Of a stretch of 64,000 nucleotides of DNA, positions 35,184 to 48,808 are shown in pieces (position 1 is the stretch's first letter; each line of letters begins with the position of its first letter). The position numbers were made by a program, and so were the translations under genes. The notes below the pieces were generated by a model, which was not told the DNA's origin, ran no database searches, and worked only from the letters and a program-made list of their open reading frames with translations. The stretch is from positions 458,165 through 522,164 of the forward strand of contig NW_015177015.1 in assembly GCF_001447785.1 (NCBI RefSeq), read 5' to 3'. Source of the DNA: Gekko japonicus (Eukaryota).

Positions 35184-37411
35184 TGTTAGATCGCTGCTAA
35201 CAAAGAACCGGAGAGTAATTTCAACAAAAGTGATCAGCATTATTGTAGGTAGGAACAAGCGCTTGAAAGAAGTCATAACCAGAACAACTTAACATTGGGA
35301 GCTAGGCTCCTTTTAAACATTCCTGGGCTAACGTAGCCATGCCTATTTATAATAAACAACCAATGAGGTTGTGCAGATAACTCCAATGAAAGTCCTTCCC
35401 GAATTGGTAGAGTTCTGATTGGTTGCTGTTGTGGAGCTACCAATAGCAAGTTGGCTTGGAGGAGCCTTCCTCTGGCTCCAGCTTACCATGGAGAGTTAAT
35501 GCAGTGATTCATGTAAGTCTTTTTGAATACACCACAATTCCTCCCCCCAAGTTAAAACAATGCAGCATTTCTAAAACATACATTCACTGTTTTCCAAAAA
35601 TATATGCATCAGTCATTACAATACAGTCTATTGCAATCATAATCGCCCAGGTACGATGGCGCTCGCCGTGCACGCTGAGACCTGCGGAGCTGTGCAGGCT
35701 CAGGGGGCAAACTCAACTGTGGGTCACCTATGGGCTCTACAATGACTGGGTCAGGCACACTCACTGCTGGGGTTGCAGCCTCGAAACCAGGGGTCTGCCC
35801 TGCTTCAGGAACAATACCTCTGTGTCTGGAGGTCTGAATACATACTCAGGTTCAGCAAACTCTGCTGTCGGAGAGTCAGCGCTGTCCTTCGCCCATCTCC
35901 TCCTCAGCTGGTCTATGTGGCGCCGCCATTTCCTGCCGTTAGGCAGCTCGACCACATATATTCTGGTGCCTATGTTTTCGCACACCACACCACTCTGGGG
36001 AGCCATGAGTGCCCTCCAGCATAATTCCGGGCAAATACTTTGTCCCTGGCCTCGGACATGCGCACTTTCATTGGCGTATCCTTGCGCTCTGGCTGCTGTT
36101 CATTTAAATCCGGGTACAACCGATTCAAACGGGTAGTCAAGCGTCGGCCCATTAACAACTTGGTTGGACTACGGCCCGTGGCACTACAGGGGGTGGTGTG
36201 CTGCCTCAAAAGAAAAGAGCCCAGTTTCACACTCCAATCTCCTTTGTACATTTTGCTTAAGGCCTCTGGTCATTCTGACCATTCTCTCNNNNNNNNNNNN
36301 NNNNNNNNNNNNNNNNNNNNNNNNNNNNNNNNNNNNNNNNNNNNNNNNNNNNNNNNNNNNNNNNNNNNNNNNNNNNNNNNNNNNNNNNNNNNNNNNNNNN
36401 NNNNNNNNNNNNNNNNNNNNNNNNNNNNNNNNNNNNNNNNNNNNNNNNNNNNNNNNNNNNNNNNNNNNNNNNNNNNNNNNNNNNNNNNNNNNNNNNNNNN
36501 NNNNNNNNNNNNNNNNNNNNNNNNNNNNNNNNNNNNNNNNNNNNNNNNNNNNNNNNNNNNNNNNNNNNNNNNNNNNNNNNNNNNNNNNNNNNNNNNNNNN
36601 NNNNNNNNNNNNNNNNNNNNNNNNNNNNNNNNNNNNNNNNNNNNNNNNNNNNNNNNNNNNNNNNNNNNNNNNNNNNNNNNNNNNNNNNNNNNNNNNNNNN
36701 NNNNNNNNNNNNNNNNNNNNNNNNNNNNNNNNNACGCTGTCCTTAGCTGTCAGCACCACAATGTCCTTAGAGGAGACTGGTGCCAGAGGGAGCTCGTCAA
36801 CTGCTAAAACATCACACGCAGGGGCAGGGTCTGTCCCGTGGTCGGGCAAGGGGCAGCAGCTGAGCGCATCCGCATGCCCAATGGCCTTTCCAGGCCGGTG
36901 CTCAAGGTCAAAATCATATGCTTGCAAAAATATCGTCCATCTAAGCATCCTTGGGGACAAAACGTTAGGCATTTGCTTATCAGGCACAGAAATCCCCAGT
37001 AGCGGCTTGTGGTCAGTGACCAGCACAAATTTCCTACCAAAAATAAAATCATGGAACTTTTTGACAGCCGCTACTAATGCCAGACCCAGAGAGTGATTTC
37101 AACAAATGTGATCAGCTTTATTGTAGGTACGAACAAACGCTTGAAAGAAGTCATAACCAGAACAACTTAACATTGAGAGCTAGGCTCCTTTTAAACATTC
37201 CCAGGCTAACATAGCCACACCTATTTACAATAAACAACCAATGAGGTTGTGCGGATAACGTCCAATGAAAGTCCTTCCCTCTCAGGGAATTGGTATAGTT
37301 CTGTTGTGGAGCTACCAATAGCAAGTTGGCTCGGAGGAGCCTTCCTCTGGCTCGAGCTTAACATGGAGAGTTAATGCAGTGATTCATGTAAGTCTTTTTG
37401 AATACACCACA
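35184..37411 (-). mobile_element. Internally deleted Ty3/Gypsy LTR retrotransposon in NDC1 intron 1
   Basis: LTRs at 35184-35536 and ~37085-37411; 5-bp TSD ataga; polypurine tract next to the 3' LTR; RNase H/integrase remnants TDHKPLLG, HADALS, TGRSP..LLMGR, RHIDQL; N gap at 36289-36733. Confidence 0.9.
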
Positions 37412-37959
37412 ATAGATATAGTAAATTGTAGTCGCAGTGACAACAGCAGCATTTAGTGGGCAGGTTCACATGGGAGAGGTCACACAGGTACACTAAATCC
37501 CAAAGAGTTTAGTGCCTTGAAAGTTAGCACACTGAATTGTGCCCGGAAATGAATTGCTCTTGTAAGGCTGTTTCTTAAATGTAAACAGAGTGGGGTATAT
37601 TTCTGGAATTTTCAAACATGCACCTCCCTCCACCTACAGGCTTAAGTGGTACAGTCCAAGATGATCTTAACCACTTGAAGTCCCACAAGGAAGACTGCTA
37701 CGAAAGCAACTTCCCCCCTCACCAGTGAAATAATAAAGTAGCATTGCAAAAAATCTTTCCTTTCTCCCCTTGCACTGCCCCATGTTAAAAAATCCTGAGA
37801 CATACAGTGTCCAAAACTCCTGAGATGTTTGGAATAATCTCCTATGTAGGCCCTTTCACCAGATAATTTTACAACACTGGGGTTATCACTGGATATAAAC
37901 ACTGGATATAAACACTGGATATCACTGGATATAAACACTGGAGAGGAAAAAGGAAAAAG

Positions 37960-38130
37960 TGCTTAAGTCACAACCAGCTCATGATGACTCTTTCCACATG
38001 GTGTTCCAGGCATGAAGTGAGCAGAGGATGGCTTGCCATTGCCTTTCTCTGAGTAATGACCAGTCTTTCTTGGTGGTCTCCCATCCAAGTACTGACCATG
38101 GCTGACCCTGCTTAGCTTTCTAACTCTGAT
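37960..38130 (-). mobile_element. SINE with 5S rRNA-like segment
   Basis: ggtctcccatccaagtactgacc...ccctgcttagcttt is the reverse complement of a degenerate 5S internal region embedded in SINE sequence. Confidence 0.55.
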
Positions 38131-39713
38131 AAGCACTGGGCAAACAGGACTGCTGAATGAACATTGTCTTGAAAGGGAGTCCAATGTACAACACTAAGCA
38201 TATTCATAAGGCACACCTAACAATAGCAAGAGCATTTCAAGAGGGGCTGCAACTGGCATGCCAAAGTAGGTCAAAGGCATTTGGACCTCTCTTGTGCAAC
38301 CATAAGAAATTTGTGCTCTAACACCACCTTCAGGTTGTAAACTTGGCCTTTAAAAGACAGTACAATCACATTCAGACTCAGTTGAAACCAGGTTCCATGG
38401 TCTGGTATACTATGCACCAACAGTGCCTCTCTGTCTTGTCTGGCTTCCCAGTTAATAGCTCCTCACCCCCCCCCCCCATTATCCAGTATTTCAATTGTGG
38501 ATAAGTTTACTTTTGTTGCACAGGAGTAAAATTTGGACAGCTTTTTGTTTCTCATAATTTTAACTCTTCATCTGGTAAGGACAGAAATGAAATGTAGATA
38601 TATCTGTTAAACTGGAGTGGTTTATTTATGTGAAAATACTGTGGTAGAATTGCCTTATCTTCCATTTTTAAAACAAATGTCCAGCATAGGGTTGCCAGTT
38701 TGTTAATGCCATGCAAACAGTTCTCCGTATCAGTAAATGTTGTATTCCTTGAACACCTGCATATCTTACAAACTGTTAAAGACAGAGGAACTGACGAGAA
38801 AAATGTGGCAACCCCAAGTCCTATGTGTGTTGTTCATGTTCGGAGAACTCAGATGCTGATGTGTGAGAGAGGCTGGAGTCTTATCTGCATATGGAGTGTG
38901 CTTTAATGAGGTTGAAAGAGAGGCTTGTGATTCTATATATTTGTATTGCATCTCCCCAAGAAAGTCAGAACTGAGTACGATCCACAGGCCATCTCCTATT
39001 CAGCTATAGGCCATGCCTATATTTATTTACTCATAGTCTGAGTCTGCTTTTCTTGCTGAGGATTATTACAGAGTTAGGAAGACACTAGAATAAAAAAACC
39101 ATGTAAGATGTATCATAAAGCAGCAACTGGATTACAAACAGCACAGCAGAAACGAGATAGTAAGTACCGGTAGCAATAAACTACAACCCTGTTCCACTTA
39201 TGAAAGCTCCCTTCGGACCAGTTCCATTTACTACAGCCCTATTTTTACTCATAAAGATGAACTTGTTTCCTTGTCATGAATGAATGCAAATCTGTCTGTG
39301 GATCGACACATCAAAATCTGAGGCCTGTCTGAAAACACAGCCCTGATGTGCCAGTCAGGGTAGCTACTTGCTATGCCTTTAACATATGGGGCCCATTGCG
39401 CATAGGACTGAAACTGGACATAATATGGGTGCTTTCCAAGATGCAAATGCTTTGAAATTTGAAAAGGCTAATTCTTGCATTCCCTCTCCCCCAAATTTTA
39501 ATGGAAAATACATCACTCTTCATTGGATGGTTGCAAAGTGGTCATGCTGCTTTTGCTACCATTGTCCTTTATTTTAGTTTTAGAAGTCACACATTTCCTT
39601 AACACTACAAACACTGTACACATTTGTTTTTAAATAACTACTTATTCAGGTAATTTGGATGCAGCCTGGTTTAGGAGGCAAAGCGTTTTCATGTGTTCTT
39701 GTTTTCTTTTTAG

Positions 39714-39834
39714 ATTTTGGGATGGAGAGCAGCAGCAAGTATTGCCTGGTCTGTTTTACTGCTTCCTGTGTGTACTGCAGCCTTCATCAGCATTAGCACT
39801 ATTGACTTATTCCACCCTATACAATGGATCACAA
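39714..39834 (+). CDS. NDC1: NDC1 exon 2
   Basis: ILGWRAAASIAWSVLLLPVCTAAFISISTIDLFHPIQWIT. Confidence 0.92.
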
Positions 39835-40575
39835 GTGGGTACTTAAGCAGACTTAAATCAGAGACTGTTTACTACTAATAGTACTTAGCAGTTAGTTAGT
39901 ATTGTCTGAACAATACTGTAACATTGTAAGGTAGGTCAGAATTGTTTATTAGATTTTTAGTGAACTTTTTCTTTGGAACCCCCAAAGTAGCTTACAGTAC
40001 TTGCAAAATGCAAATGATTCTGTTTAAAATGGAAACAGAATTTCTCCAGTAGGAGAGATGTGGGTGAAAGAGAGGATGATAGATCTAAGCACAGATTTTG
40101 TTTATTAAAACATTTATGTCCCACCTTTCCTCATGGTTCAAGACAGCTTACAATTTTAAAATACTGATGTCTGAAACAAAAGCTAAACAAAACTTCTATA
40201 GAAGGAGAATATTTAGTTCTCTGACAGGAGGTGGGGAGAGATAAAAGGGATGACTTTGAGGTGATCCAGAAACAGGCATCTTTACCAGCCTTTACTGACT
40301 CTCCAGTTTAGGGTAATTGATCTTATAAAACTGGGGTGGAGTAGAAGATTAATTCAGATGATCCAGGAACAGGCATAGGATAGTGTCTCACTCCTACTGT
40401 GTGTGGAGGCCTGAGGCCGTGTGAGAGTGGCTTAAGGCCAGCCAATTAAATAATGGTCTACGGAAGAAGTAAACCAAGGACTTCTTCAGCCACAGCTGAG
40501 ACATTTGGGCATTAAACCTTTATAGCATTAGATGTATGTTCATAGTAGTTTCTAAAAACTTCTTCTTCTTTTTAG

Positions 40576-40677
40576 GCTCATTCAATGATTTGTATACTTC
40601 CTATGTTATCTTTTGCTTGCTACTGATGTCGGTGGTGATATTGGTAATAAGTATCTTCAATGTGGAATTTCATGCAG
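40576..40677 (+). CDS. NDC1: NDC1 exon 3
   Basis: SSFNDLYTSYVIFCLLLMSVVILVISIFNVEFHA. Confidence 0.92.
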
Positions 40678-41040
40678 GTGGGTATTGAAGTATGTGTTCA
40701 ATAAGATTTGAAGCTTGAGTCTTAAATTTTTCCATTTCCCCCTTAGACTGTATGCATAATTTTAAAGATGAACCTCTTGTAGGGCTCTAAATTGTTTATT
40801 TTAAAACTTAAGTACAAATACTTAAAGGCAGTTCAAAAAAAGTTCATGGTGGAGGCTTTCTTTGCTGCTAAATGTCTATTAATCTGAAAGCCTCAAAATA
40901 TCATTAAGAATCTCTCTGATGATGGCCATGTACAGCTATCCCTTCTCAAAAATGTGGTCTGATTGTTTGGAAGAATTTCTCACCAAACCTTAAACTCTTT
41001 GATCATCTTAAACACTTAAATGAGGAACAGTGATCTTCAG

Positions 41041-41699
41041 TATGTTGTCAAAGGCTTTTACGGCCAGAGTTCATTAGTTGTTGTAGATTTTCCAGGCTGT
41101 ATGGCTGTGGTCTTGGAACTGTAGTACCTGGCGTTTCACCAGCAGCTGTGACTGGCATCCCTAGAGGTATAACACAGAAAGATAGAGTACTCTCTGTGTC
41201 AACATGAGAAGAAAAATGGTAGGCAGGTAATTTCTATCTACTCAGAAAGGTGGGGTCATTATCTTGTAGGAGTTTCCCAGGCTGAGACATGCTAATGGAG
41301 GAGCTTTCTTGAGGAGGTTCTTTTGTATATGCTCTACATCTTACAACAGCACTACAGATGAGATTAAAATTTCAACCGTCAATCTATATGCAAAAGAACC
41401 TCAGGAAAGCTCTACAGATAAGATTAGAATTTCAACAGCCAATCCATATGCAAAAGAACCTCCTCAGGAAAGCTCCTCCATTAGCATGTCACAGCCTGGG
41501 AAACTCCTACAAGATAATGACTCAGCCCTACCCCACCTTCCTGAGTAGATAGAGATTACCTGCCTACCATTTTTCTTTTCACGTTGACACAGAGAGTACT
41601 CTATCTTTCTATGTTATACCTCTGAGGATGCCAGTCACAGCTGCTGGTGAAACGTCAGGTACTACAATGCCAAGACCACAGCCAACATCTACAACAACT
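41041..41699 (-). mobile_element. Non-autonomous Penelope-like element with inverted pLTRs in NDC1 intron 3
   Basis: 12-bp TSD agtgatcttcag (41029-41040 and 41700-41711); ~240-bp inverted arms; same family as 12474-13446. Confidence 0.8.
41617..41661 (+). ncRNA. Minimal type I hammerhead ribozyme (sense to NDC1 pre-mRNA)
   Basis: TACCT-CTGAGGA-T-GCCAGT-cacagct-GCTGGT-GAAA-CG-TC-AGGTA; 5-bp helix I and intact core. Confidence 0.75.
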
Positions 41700-41737
41700 A
41701 GTGATCTTCAGAATGGCCATTCATGACCTATGTATGA

Positions 41738-42108
41738 CATAAGAACATAAGAGACGCCAATGTTGGATCAAGCCAAAGGCCCATCCAGTCCAACACTCTG
41801 TCACACAGTGGCCAAAAATACCAGGTACCATCAGGAGGTCCACCAGTGGGGCCAGGACATCAGAAGCCCTCCCACTATTGACCCCCCCACGCACCAAGAA
41901 GACAGAGCATCACTTGCCCCAGAGTCCCTATCTATACCTTGTGGCTAATAGCCACTGATGGACCTCTGCTCCATATGCTTATCTAATTCCCTTTTGAAGC
42001 CGTCCATGCTTGTAGCACCCACCACTTCCTGTGGCAGTGAATTCCATGTGTTAATCACTCTTTGGGTGAAGTACTTCCTTTTATCCGTCCTAACCCGACT
42101 GCTCAACA
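41738..42108 (-). mobile_element. CR1 3' fragment
   Basis: ORF 41945-42136 reads RKYFTQRVINTWNSLPQEVV...FKRELDKHM; cataagaa tail. Confidence 0.85.
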
Positions 42109-42187
42109 GTTTCATGCAACATGCAAATTGGTGCATTTAAGTGACTTGTTTTTGGACAGGTTATATGTTCTCTTTCTTTCTTTGCAG

Positions 42188-42362
42188 TTGTGCCTTCTAT
42201 TCCTTGCTCACGATTAGCACTGATTAGCAAGGTTATCCATCCACAGCAAGTGATCCATTCAGTTGTGCATGCTGTAATGGGAATGCTGGTGGCTTGGTGT
42301 GCCGCAGTTATGACTAAGGGAAAGTTCCTGTTTTTATCTGTACCCTGCACAGCTTCAGAAAG
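42188..42362 (+). CDS. NDC1: NDC1 exon 4
   Basis: [41 protein letters not shown]... Confidence 0.93.
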
Positions 42363-44000
42363 GTGAGCTTTGGTGATCACAGAGCTGTTTGTTAAAGTAT
42401 ATAATTTCACATGGAAAGAAATAATGTAAAAAAGTGACTTTTTGAGTATAGAAGGCAGGGAAATTATAAATGGTTTATACAGATTGTTTCTTAGAAAATT
42501 TCTACTTACAGTCCTTTGGTTGTACTGGAGACAAACATCTTGTAACTGAGCTGTAACTTTGTGACCAAATTACTTTTCTCAAACCATAAATTATGGTTGC
42601 TGGGAAACATAATTCCTACTCTAACTAGCACAACTAATAGCCCAGTGGATGAGGTTTACAGCCCTGGTTGTGCACAGTCAGAGGCTGCTGCTGTGTGATG
42701 CCCAGACATTTCTGGCAAGAGAAACTATTTCTGTTCACCCAAATGTCTCTGTGCACTCTTGATACTTTTTAAAACACTAACTTTAACTTTGTTAAAAGGC
42801 AGCACTCTCCACAGTTGCACTTAAGTACTGCAGGTCTACCCTCTGTGTTAAGCCAGCTCAGGATTTGTACTTATTTGAGGGATCTGCAAGAATTTCCCTC
42901 CGTTTTTCTTTTCCTTTCTGACTGAGCAGCCCTAACGGTCTGTTTTCTTCTTTCTTGAAGAACTCTGGCTGTCCCACCCCTATCATGGTGGTATAATATT
43001 TTGGCTGTTGGCTCAGTCCAGGAACCTGAGGGAAGGAATGGGAGCCCACTTTAACTTATACGACTTAAATGGCACTCGAGAAGTTTTTATATTCCAAATT
43101 TACAAAATGTCTTATTCAACATAGAGGGGAAAGGTCAGGTGAAATCAGGGGTAAAATTTCTGAGTTAACTCAATATAGATAACTCTGAGGTAAAATTAGT
43201 ATTTGTGCAGACTTTAGTTCTTATGGTTCAGGCTAACCCTAAGCTTTTCACAGTGACTTAAATCTTTATTTTGAGAGGCTTTTGTTCCAGTGTTTTCCAA
43301 ACACTCCAGCATACTTTCTCTGACCGTTTTGTTTTCCACAAGGCTGATACACGCTTTCCAGTACCTGAACCCCTTCTCTTGAAACACCAGTACTCATATT
43401 GAGTTTTTAACTGACTCCTAAGGTTTTTACAGGCAGTTTCATTCTAACCACACCAGACCAGGGATCTCTGTATTCTTCAGAGCTATCACCCTGTTTAGAC
43501 TGGGTAGGGAAATTCCTTCTCTATCCAGATCTATCCCATTTCCTTGGCCTGAATGGGAGTTTCCATCTTGTCTTTCCACCCACTTGTCCTTGCCAACTTT
43601 TTGCAGTTCTCCTGTCTGTTTTAAGCTGCTCTCAGTCAAGGCAGAAATCTGACTGACTCTCTTCTCAGCATGCAGCTCTTAAGTGTATCTCTGCTCAGCT
43701 GTTACTCAAGGCTCTGTGGAGAATTAATCCTTTACAGTCTTTCATCTGTTTACACAGCACTTCTAAGCTTTTTAAAAGTACAGTCCGTCACATCTGTGCT
43801 TTCCGTTTTTCAGCAATAAACAGAGAGTCTATAAAATTAGCAGAGATTGTTATTTCAGCTCTGAGAAAGCAATTCTAGCCAATTTATTTTTTTCCCTTTG
43901 CAGTCAGATAAAATAATTACTTTAAAGGTAGAATTACATATAGAGTTGTTTTCCTCTGTTTTTTTGTGCATTTAAAATCTAAAATACTATTTTGCTTCAG

Positions 44001-44139
44001 TTCAGCTGATGATGTTCCATACATGTGCCTGAATGAATACCACCTCTTTCTCTTACTCCTTGGAGCTTTCATGGGTTACAGCTATAGCCTCCGATACCTT
44101 GTTCACAATATGAACTACCTTCCATTTCCAATCATACAG
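44001..44139 (+). CDS. NDC1: NDC1 exon 5
   Basis: ...[38 protein letters not shown]. Confidence 0.93.
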
Positions 44140-44554
44140 GTAACTGCATAAAGAACACAAGCGTAAGTGTTCTATCATTGGACCAGCTGTGCCATTCTTT
44201 TTAATGTATGCTCTTGACTGTGTTACTGGTTTTTGGAGTAGATACCTTGTTAGGTGTAGGATTTATTCTTCCATAAGATGTGGTTGTGGTATAAAGATTC
44301 TTGGTATTGCCCAATCTCATATGTATTGAAGTTGTTTGAATATATAGTGGTTTATTGTAGCCAATGTACTGCAGAATGTTACAGTATTCAAAAAGCAAGA
44401 GACACCATAAAAGAAAATGAGGTCTTAGTGTTGGGGTTTTCCACGAAGGCTCTGGTATAATTGTAGTTTTTGAAACCATCTTGACTGTTTTTCAAATCAA
44501 ATATACACGGTGGAGAATGTCTTGAAACTGTTGAACATGTTTAATATTTTTTAG

Positions 44555-44663
44555 CAATACAAATACCTACGTTTCAGAAGATCTCTACCTCTGTTGGCAA
44601 AGCAAAGTTGTGTGGAATCTCTTTATATGGTTAGGAACTTCTGTGCTGCTTACTACTTTTTTG
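44555..44663 (+). CDS. NDC1: NDC1 exon 6
   Basis: [36 protein letters not shown]. Confidence 0.93.
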
Positions 44664-46539
44664 GTAAGATTTTACTTTCCCCCTTCTTTAAATGAAAGGA
44701 ATAGGAGGTGAGGTACTTGGGTGAATTCTAAGGCAGTATACTTCTATTTGCCAGGTGTTTTAGGACAAATCAGTTATTGGGGAACCATAAATCTGAGTCA
44801 GCACCAGAACCTAGCCCAACATTTTTCTTTGCCACAACCCTACCCCAGAGGGTGGAATCTTGTCTCTGATGTCCTGGTGGAAAGTATGGCTCAAAGGCAA
44901 GGATGATCCACAGTCTCCCTTTTCAGATCCAATTTCATGGAATCATCCATGTCATACTGTACTAGGAAGATGCTCTTCAAAGTGCATCACCACTGGGATC
45001 TGTGAACCCTCCACTCCTGCTGGACTTGGCACTGGGAAGGGACACTCCACAGTTGCTTCTGTGTCTGTGTTCACTGCAGCCCCCTCCTCTATTCCTTTCT
45101 CTTTGTATTCCATCACCAGTAGTGCTAAGGAAGCAATTCCCCCTCCTCCTCCATCTACAGCTCTTCCTGGTGTGTAAGCAGCTGCAGTCTACCACGCAGC
45201 ATCTTTGGCCTAGCTAGGATCTGCTGCTAGAGGGCACAGGCATCATCAGCACTGAGCACTGGTTGGTGCTGGAAAGTGCTGGGAAGGGGACAAAGCTCAT
45301 GGGCTCAGCACTTGGTGGTAATGAGGAAGGAGGCAGGAGGGCAGCTGAGACAAACATGCTGGGGGGGGGAACACTTTCCTTGGTGAATGTATTTTTCGAC
45401 CCTTGGCTTTCACAATCATGCAGTCTGTTTTGAGCTTCCCATAGGAATCTGGTTGGCAATTGTAACCAACAAAATGCTGGACTAGATGGAGCTTGGTCTT
45501 AGGCAGCAAAGCTTCATTTGGATATTACAAGTAGCTTATCACTACTGAACACTTCTTTCATCCTCCACATACGTGGAAGGGGCTTGCAATGTATGAGAGA
45601 GGGTTGTGCTGTTAAAGTTGCTGGGAGAAGTGACTGTGTAGAATTGCTCAAAGAGGATAGTAGGGCTTGACTCTGCATTACCTGTTTATATAATATAGTT
45701 TACATAATATAAAAGGGCCTTTAGATGTGAAAAGTATGGGATAGGGGGTATGAGGTGAGAAGCAGCAGAGGCTGCTTTAATAGCCACAAGGTGAGGCTGT
45801 GTGTATCATGAGGATCTTCATGGAATATGGAAGCATCAGGCTAATGGATGTGGCTACTGAGTTTTGTTGAACTAAAAGACTACTCTTAGGATGGAGGTAC
45901 AGTTGAGGTTTCTATAATCATATTAATTTTTTAGTGTTATGGACTGAAGCCAGAAGGTTGTGGGAAACTGGGGGGAACTGGGGAGGTAACTCCCCCCCCC
46001 ATATTATTTTCCTGCCAAAAATCACAATCTCCAAGCTGCTCTTTCCCCTGCTGTGTGGGAGGAGTTGTTATTCATTCACTTACCTCATACATCACCCACT
46101 TTTCTAACACAGACTCAAGGTATTCCTTATAAGATATTCTGTATAAAATGTCCTCCTGAACCATTCCAATTTGCACATTCTGTGGAATGCTAGTGATGCG
46201 GGAGCCTTTCTGACCCCTTCAGACAGGCTTTTCCGCCAAGTCAAAACAGAGAAGGCTCAAGTATGTACAGTTATTGATCTTTCTTGTTTGCAGGGTGGCC
46301 AATAGCCATAACCCCCTCCCCCCCCAGCACTGGGGGAAATACAACTTTGAGGTGGGATTTTTTGCATTTGATATTAGATGCACATACATTGTATTGGACA
46401 TACTTTTCATACCTTTCATTTTTTCATCTTTGGGTTTCTTGTTGAAAGTTTTACTTTTGCCCTGAAAATTCTTGCTTTTCATGGATGTAAACACATTCCT
46501 GTGTTTTAACAGTTTGATTTCCTTTTTATGGCATCATAG

Positions 46540-46591
46540 GTTATATTCCCAAGGCATGGATAATTACAACAATGAACCTTCATATAGATAG
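46540..46591 (+). CDS. NDC1: NDC1 exon 7
   Basis: GYIPKAWIITTMNLHID. Confidence 0.92.
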
Positions 46592-47152
46592 GTGAGTACC
46601 AGTAAAACATCCAGTACAATCTTATTTAATTATTTACTGGGCACTTTGCAGTGAAGACACTCCTCTTCGTTTTCGCAAATCGTGATGGGACACAGACATT
46701 ATCTAAGCAGCTGCCCATCAGGGAAGAAGGTAATTATGTCCCAAACAGCTTTGGAGAGACGTAAAGGAATAGAAACTGAAGCCACTTGGGAGGTGGTAGT
46801 ACTCTTTGGCAATGGGAAGGAGTGAGAGCACAACTTCCAAATATGCTCAGTGGCCCACTGTGTTCCCTGCTATTTGTATTGCATGTACTAGATTATGTAT
46901 TGATGGTAAACGCCTCAATAATATATTGGCAGACAACTATTTGGAAAATACACTGTTAGGATATGAAGAATTTGGTCCCTTATAGGTCCCTTATAAACTC
47001 TTCACTGAAATCAAGTATGCTATTTTTTATTATGGAGCATCTCCTGTCAAGTTCCTTCCAGGCAAAGTAAATCTCCACCCAGGAATAAATGAAGAGTATT
47101 TTACATAAAAATAGCTTCCCTAATTTTGTTTGCTTATTTATTTGTCTTTCAG

Positions 47153-47285
47153 TAAATTGCATCCTCTAGACACTGTGGCTGGTCTCTTGGATTTATCTCT
47201 TCTGTACCACAGCTGGCTCTGTGGCGTGATCCTGCTGATTACTTGGTACATTGCATGGTTACTCTTCAGAATATATTCTACTGAG
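47153..47285 (+). CDS. NDC1: NDC1 exon 8
   Basis: [24 protein letters not shown]...LFRIYSTE. Confidence 0.92.
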
Positions 47286-47588
47286 GTTGGTATAGTATGT
47301 TCTGCACCATACCACGGCAGGGCAGTTTTTGTTACTGAAAAACAACATGGGGCACATGTGTTACTGTTTAGCAGAAACCGCTTTGTAGTTGCTTTACTTG
47401 TTTCCAGGTGGAGAAATTTACATCCCCTCCCCTCCCCTCCCCTCCCCATCAGGGCAGGCTTGGAAGCCTCTCTGTGAGTTCAACAGATTTGCAAATGACG
47501 AGTAATTTAAATATACTCTCACCAGTGTCTTACTGACCAGGGTTGCTTGCTATTCTTGCTTCCACTACAGTATGTGCTCCTCTTTCAG

Positions 47589-47681
47589 GCACATCACTTT
47601 CCTGTACAGCCAACTTTTACAGAAGAAACAGATCAGTGCTTACCCAAAATTTTAAACAGCAATCCTCCACCTATTTTAAAG
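47589..47681 (+). CDS. NDC1: NDC1 exon 9
   Basis: [31 protein letters not shown]. Confidence 0.93.
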
Positions 47682-48726
47682 GTAAGCAAGTTCATTTATC
47701 TCAGTGCACTTGTTTCTTGCATAGTTTTTATTGCTTAGCATACACAGAAATCACACTAGCAAAGGTAGGAAGGTTTTGATAGACCGCTTACATCTTAAAA
47801 TAACATAAACAACAAACATTGCATTAGTGCCCTGAATCCAAGGACATGGCTGGTATTCAAGATAAATAGGAATCTTCAGCTTTCCTGATCTCCTGCTTTT
47901 CTTGATCTTATCTCTCGCTTTCTGGTTTTAGTTTGTCTTCCCTAAAGCCTTGTAGCTCCAGCCATCTCTTCTTCTTCATATTCTTATAGCTTCTTTCTTA
48001 AGTCACCCTGATTACCTTCTTTCCTCTCCTTTTCCTAGGTCCCTGCTGCTTCATCCCCCACCCTTTTTAAACCTTTTTGTCTGCCCCACCTAACGTATTA
48101 ACAGCATTAGCTTAACTCAGTCAAATGCTTTCAAAAGCTTCATCACCACAAAAAAATCTTAATCCAAGTATATGACATCTTAATCCATTACAGTCTACAT
48201 TTATAAACACTGATGTTTGAATTTATGCAAAATGATTCTTTATACATTTCCTTGGATATCTAAAATAGCTGTTGTTCTCACATTCTATCTTCAGCATTTG
48301 AGGAATCTTGGGATTGTTTTGTGAATTCTTTCCAACAAGCAGGGATTGAATCAGCCTCTTCTGTATAATTTAAGAGTAATTTACAATTAAAATAAAAGAT
48401 CTACAGTCCTCTTTTGCATGAGCAAATATATGGATGAAATTTTATGTGTTCGTATCTGCTTGTTCTTCATGTCAGAAAACCCCAATCTACTAAATGCAAT
48501 TCTCATTTCAGTATGTCTGAAAGGAGATGTTTTTTTTGGGGGGGGGGGAGTCTTAATCATGGCAGATATTCTGAAACAGCAAAAAGTCAAAAACTCCTTA
48601 CCTGGTAACATTCTAGGAATGAAATAACTGTTACATGCTGTGAGAATATCCTAATTTGAGATTTTAGTAGATCAGCATGACCAACCTGGTAATTTGTAAA
48701 GACCTTTTAAACATTTTCCTTTGCAG

Positions 48727-48808
48727 TTCTTGGCTTTACAGGACCTGATGTTTCTCTCCCAGTATTCTTTTGTTCGCCGGCAAGAGGTCTTCAGCCTTAG
48801 CCAGCCAG
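48727..48808 (+). CDS. NDC1: NDC1 exon 10
   Basis: [27 protein letters not shown]. Confidence 0.93.

Noticed and set aside
36040-37096. Long ORFs of 255-310 aa
   Set aside because: Inflated by the N gap; only the minus-strand Gypsy pol remnants are meaningful.
38070-38130. 5S rRNA gene
   Set aside because: Partial, degenerate and embedded in SINE sequence.
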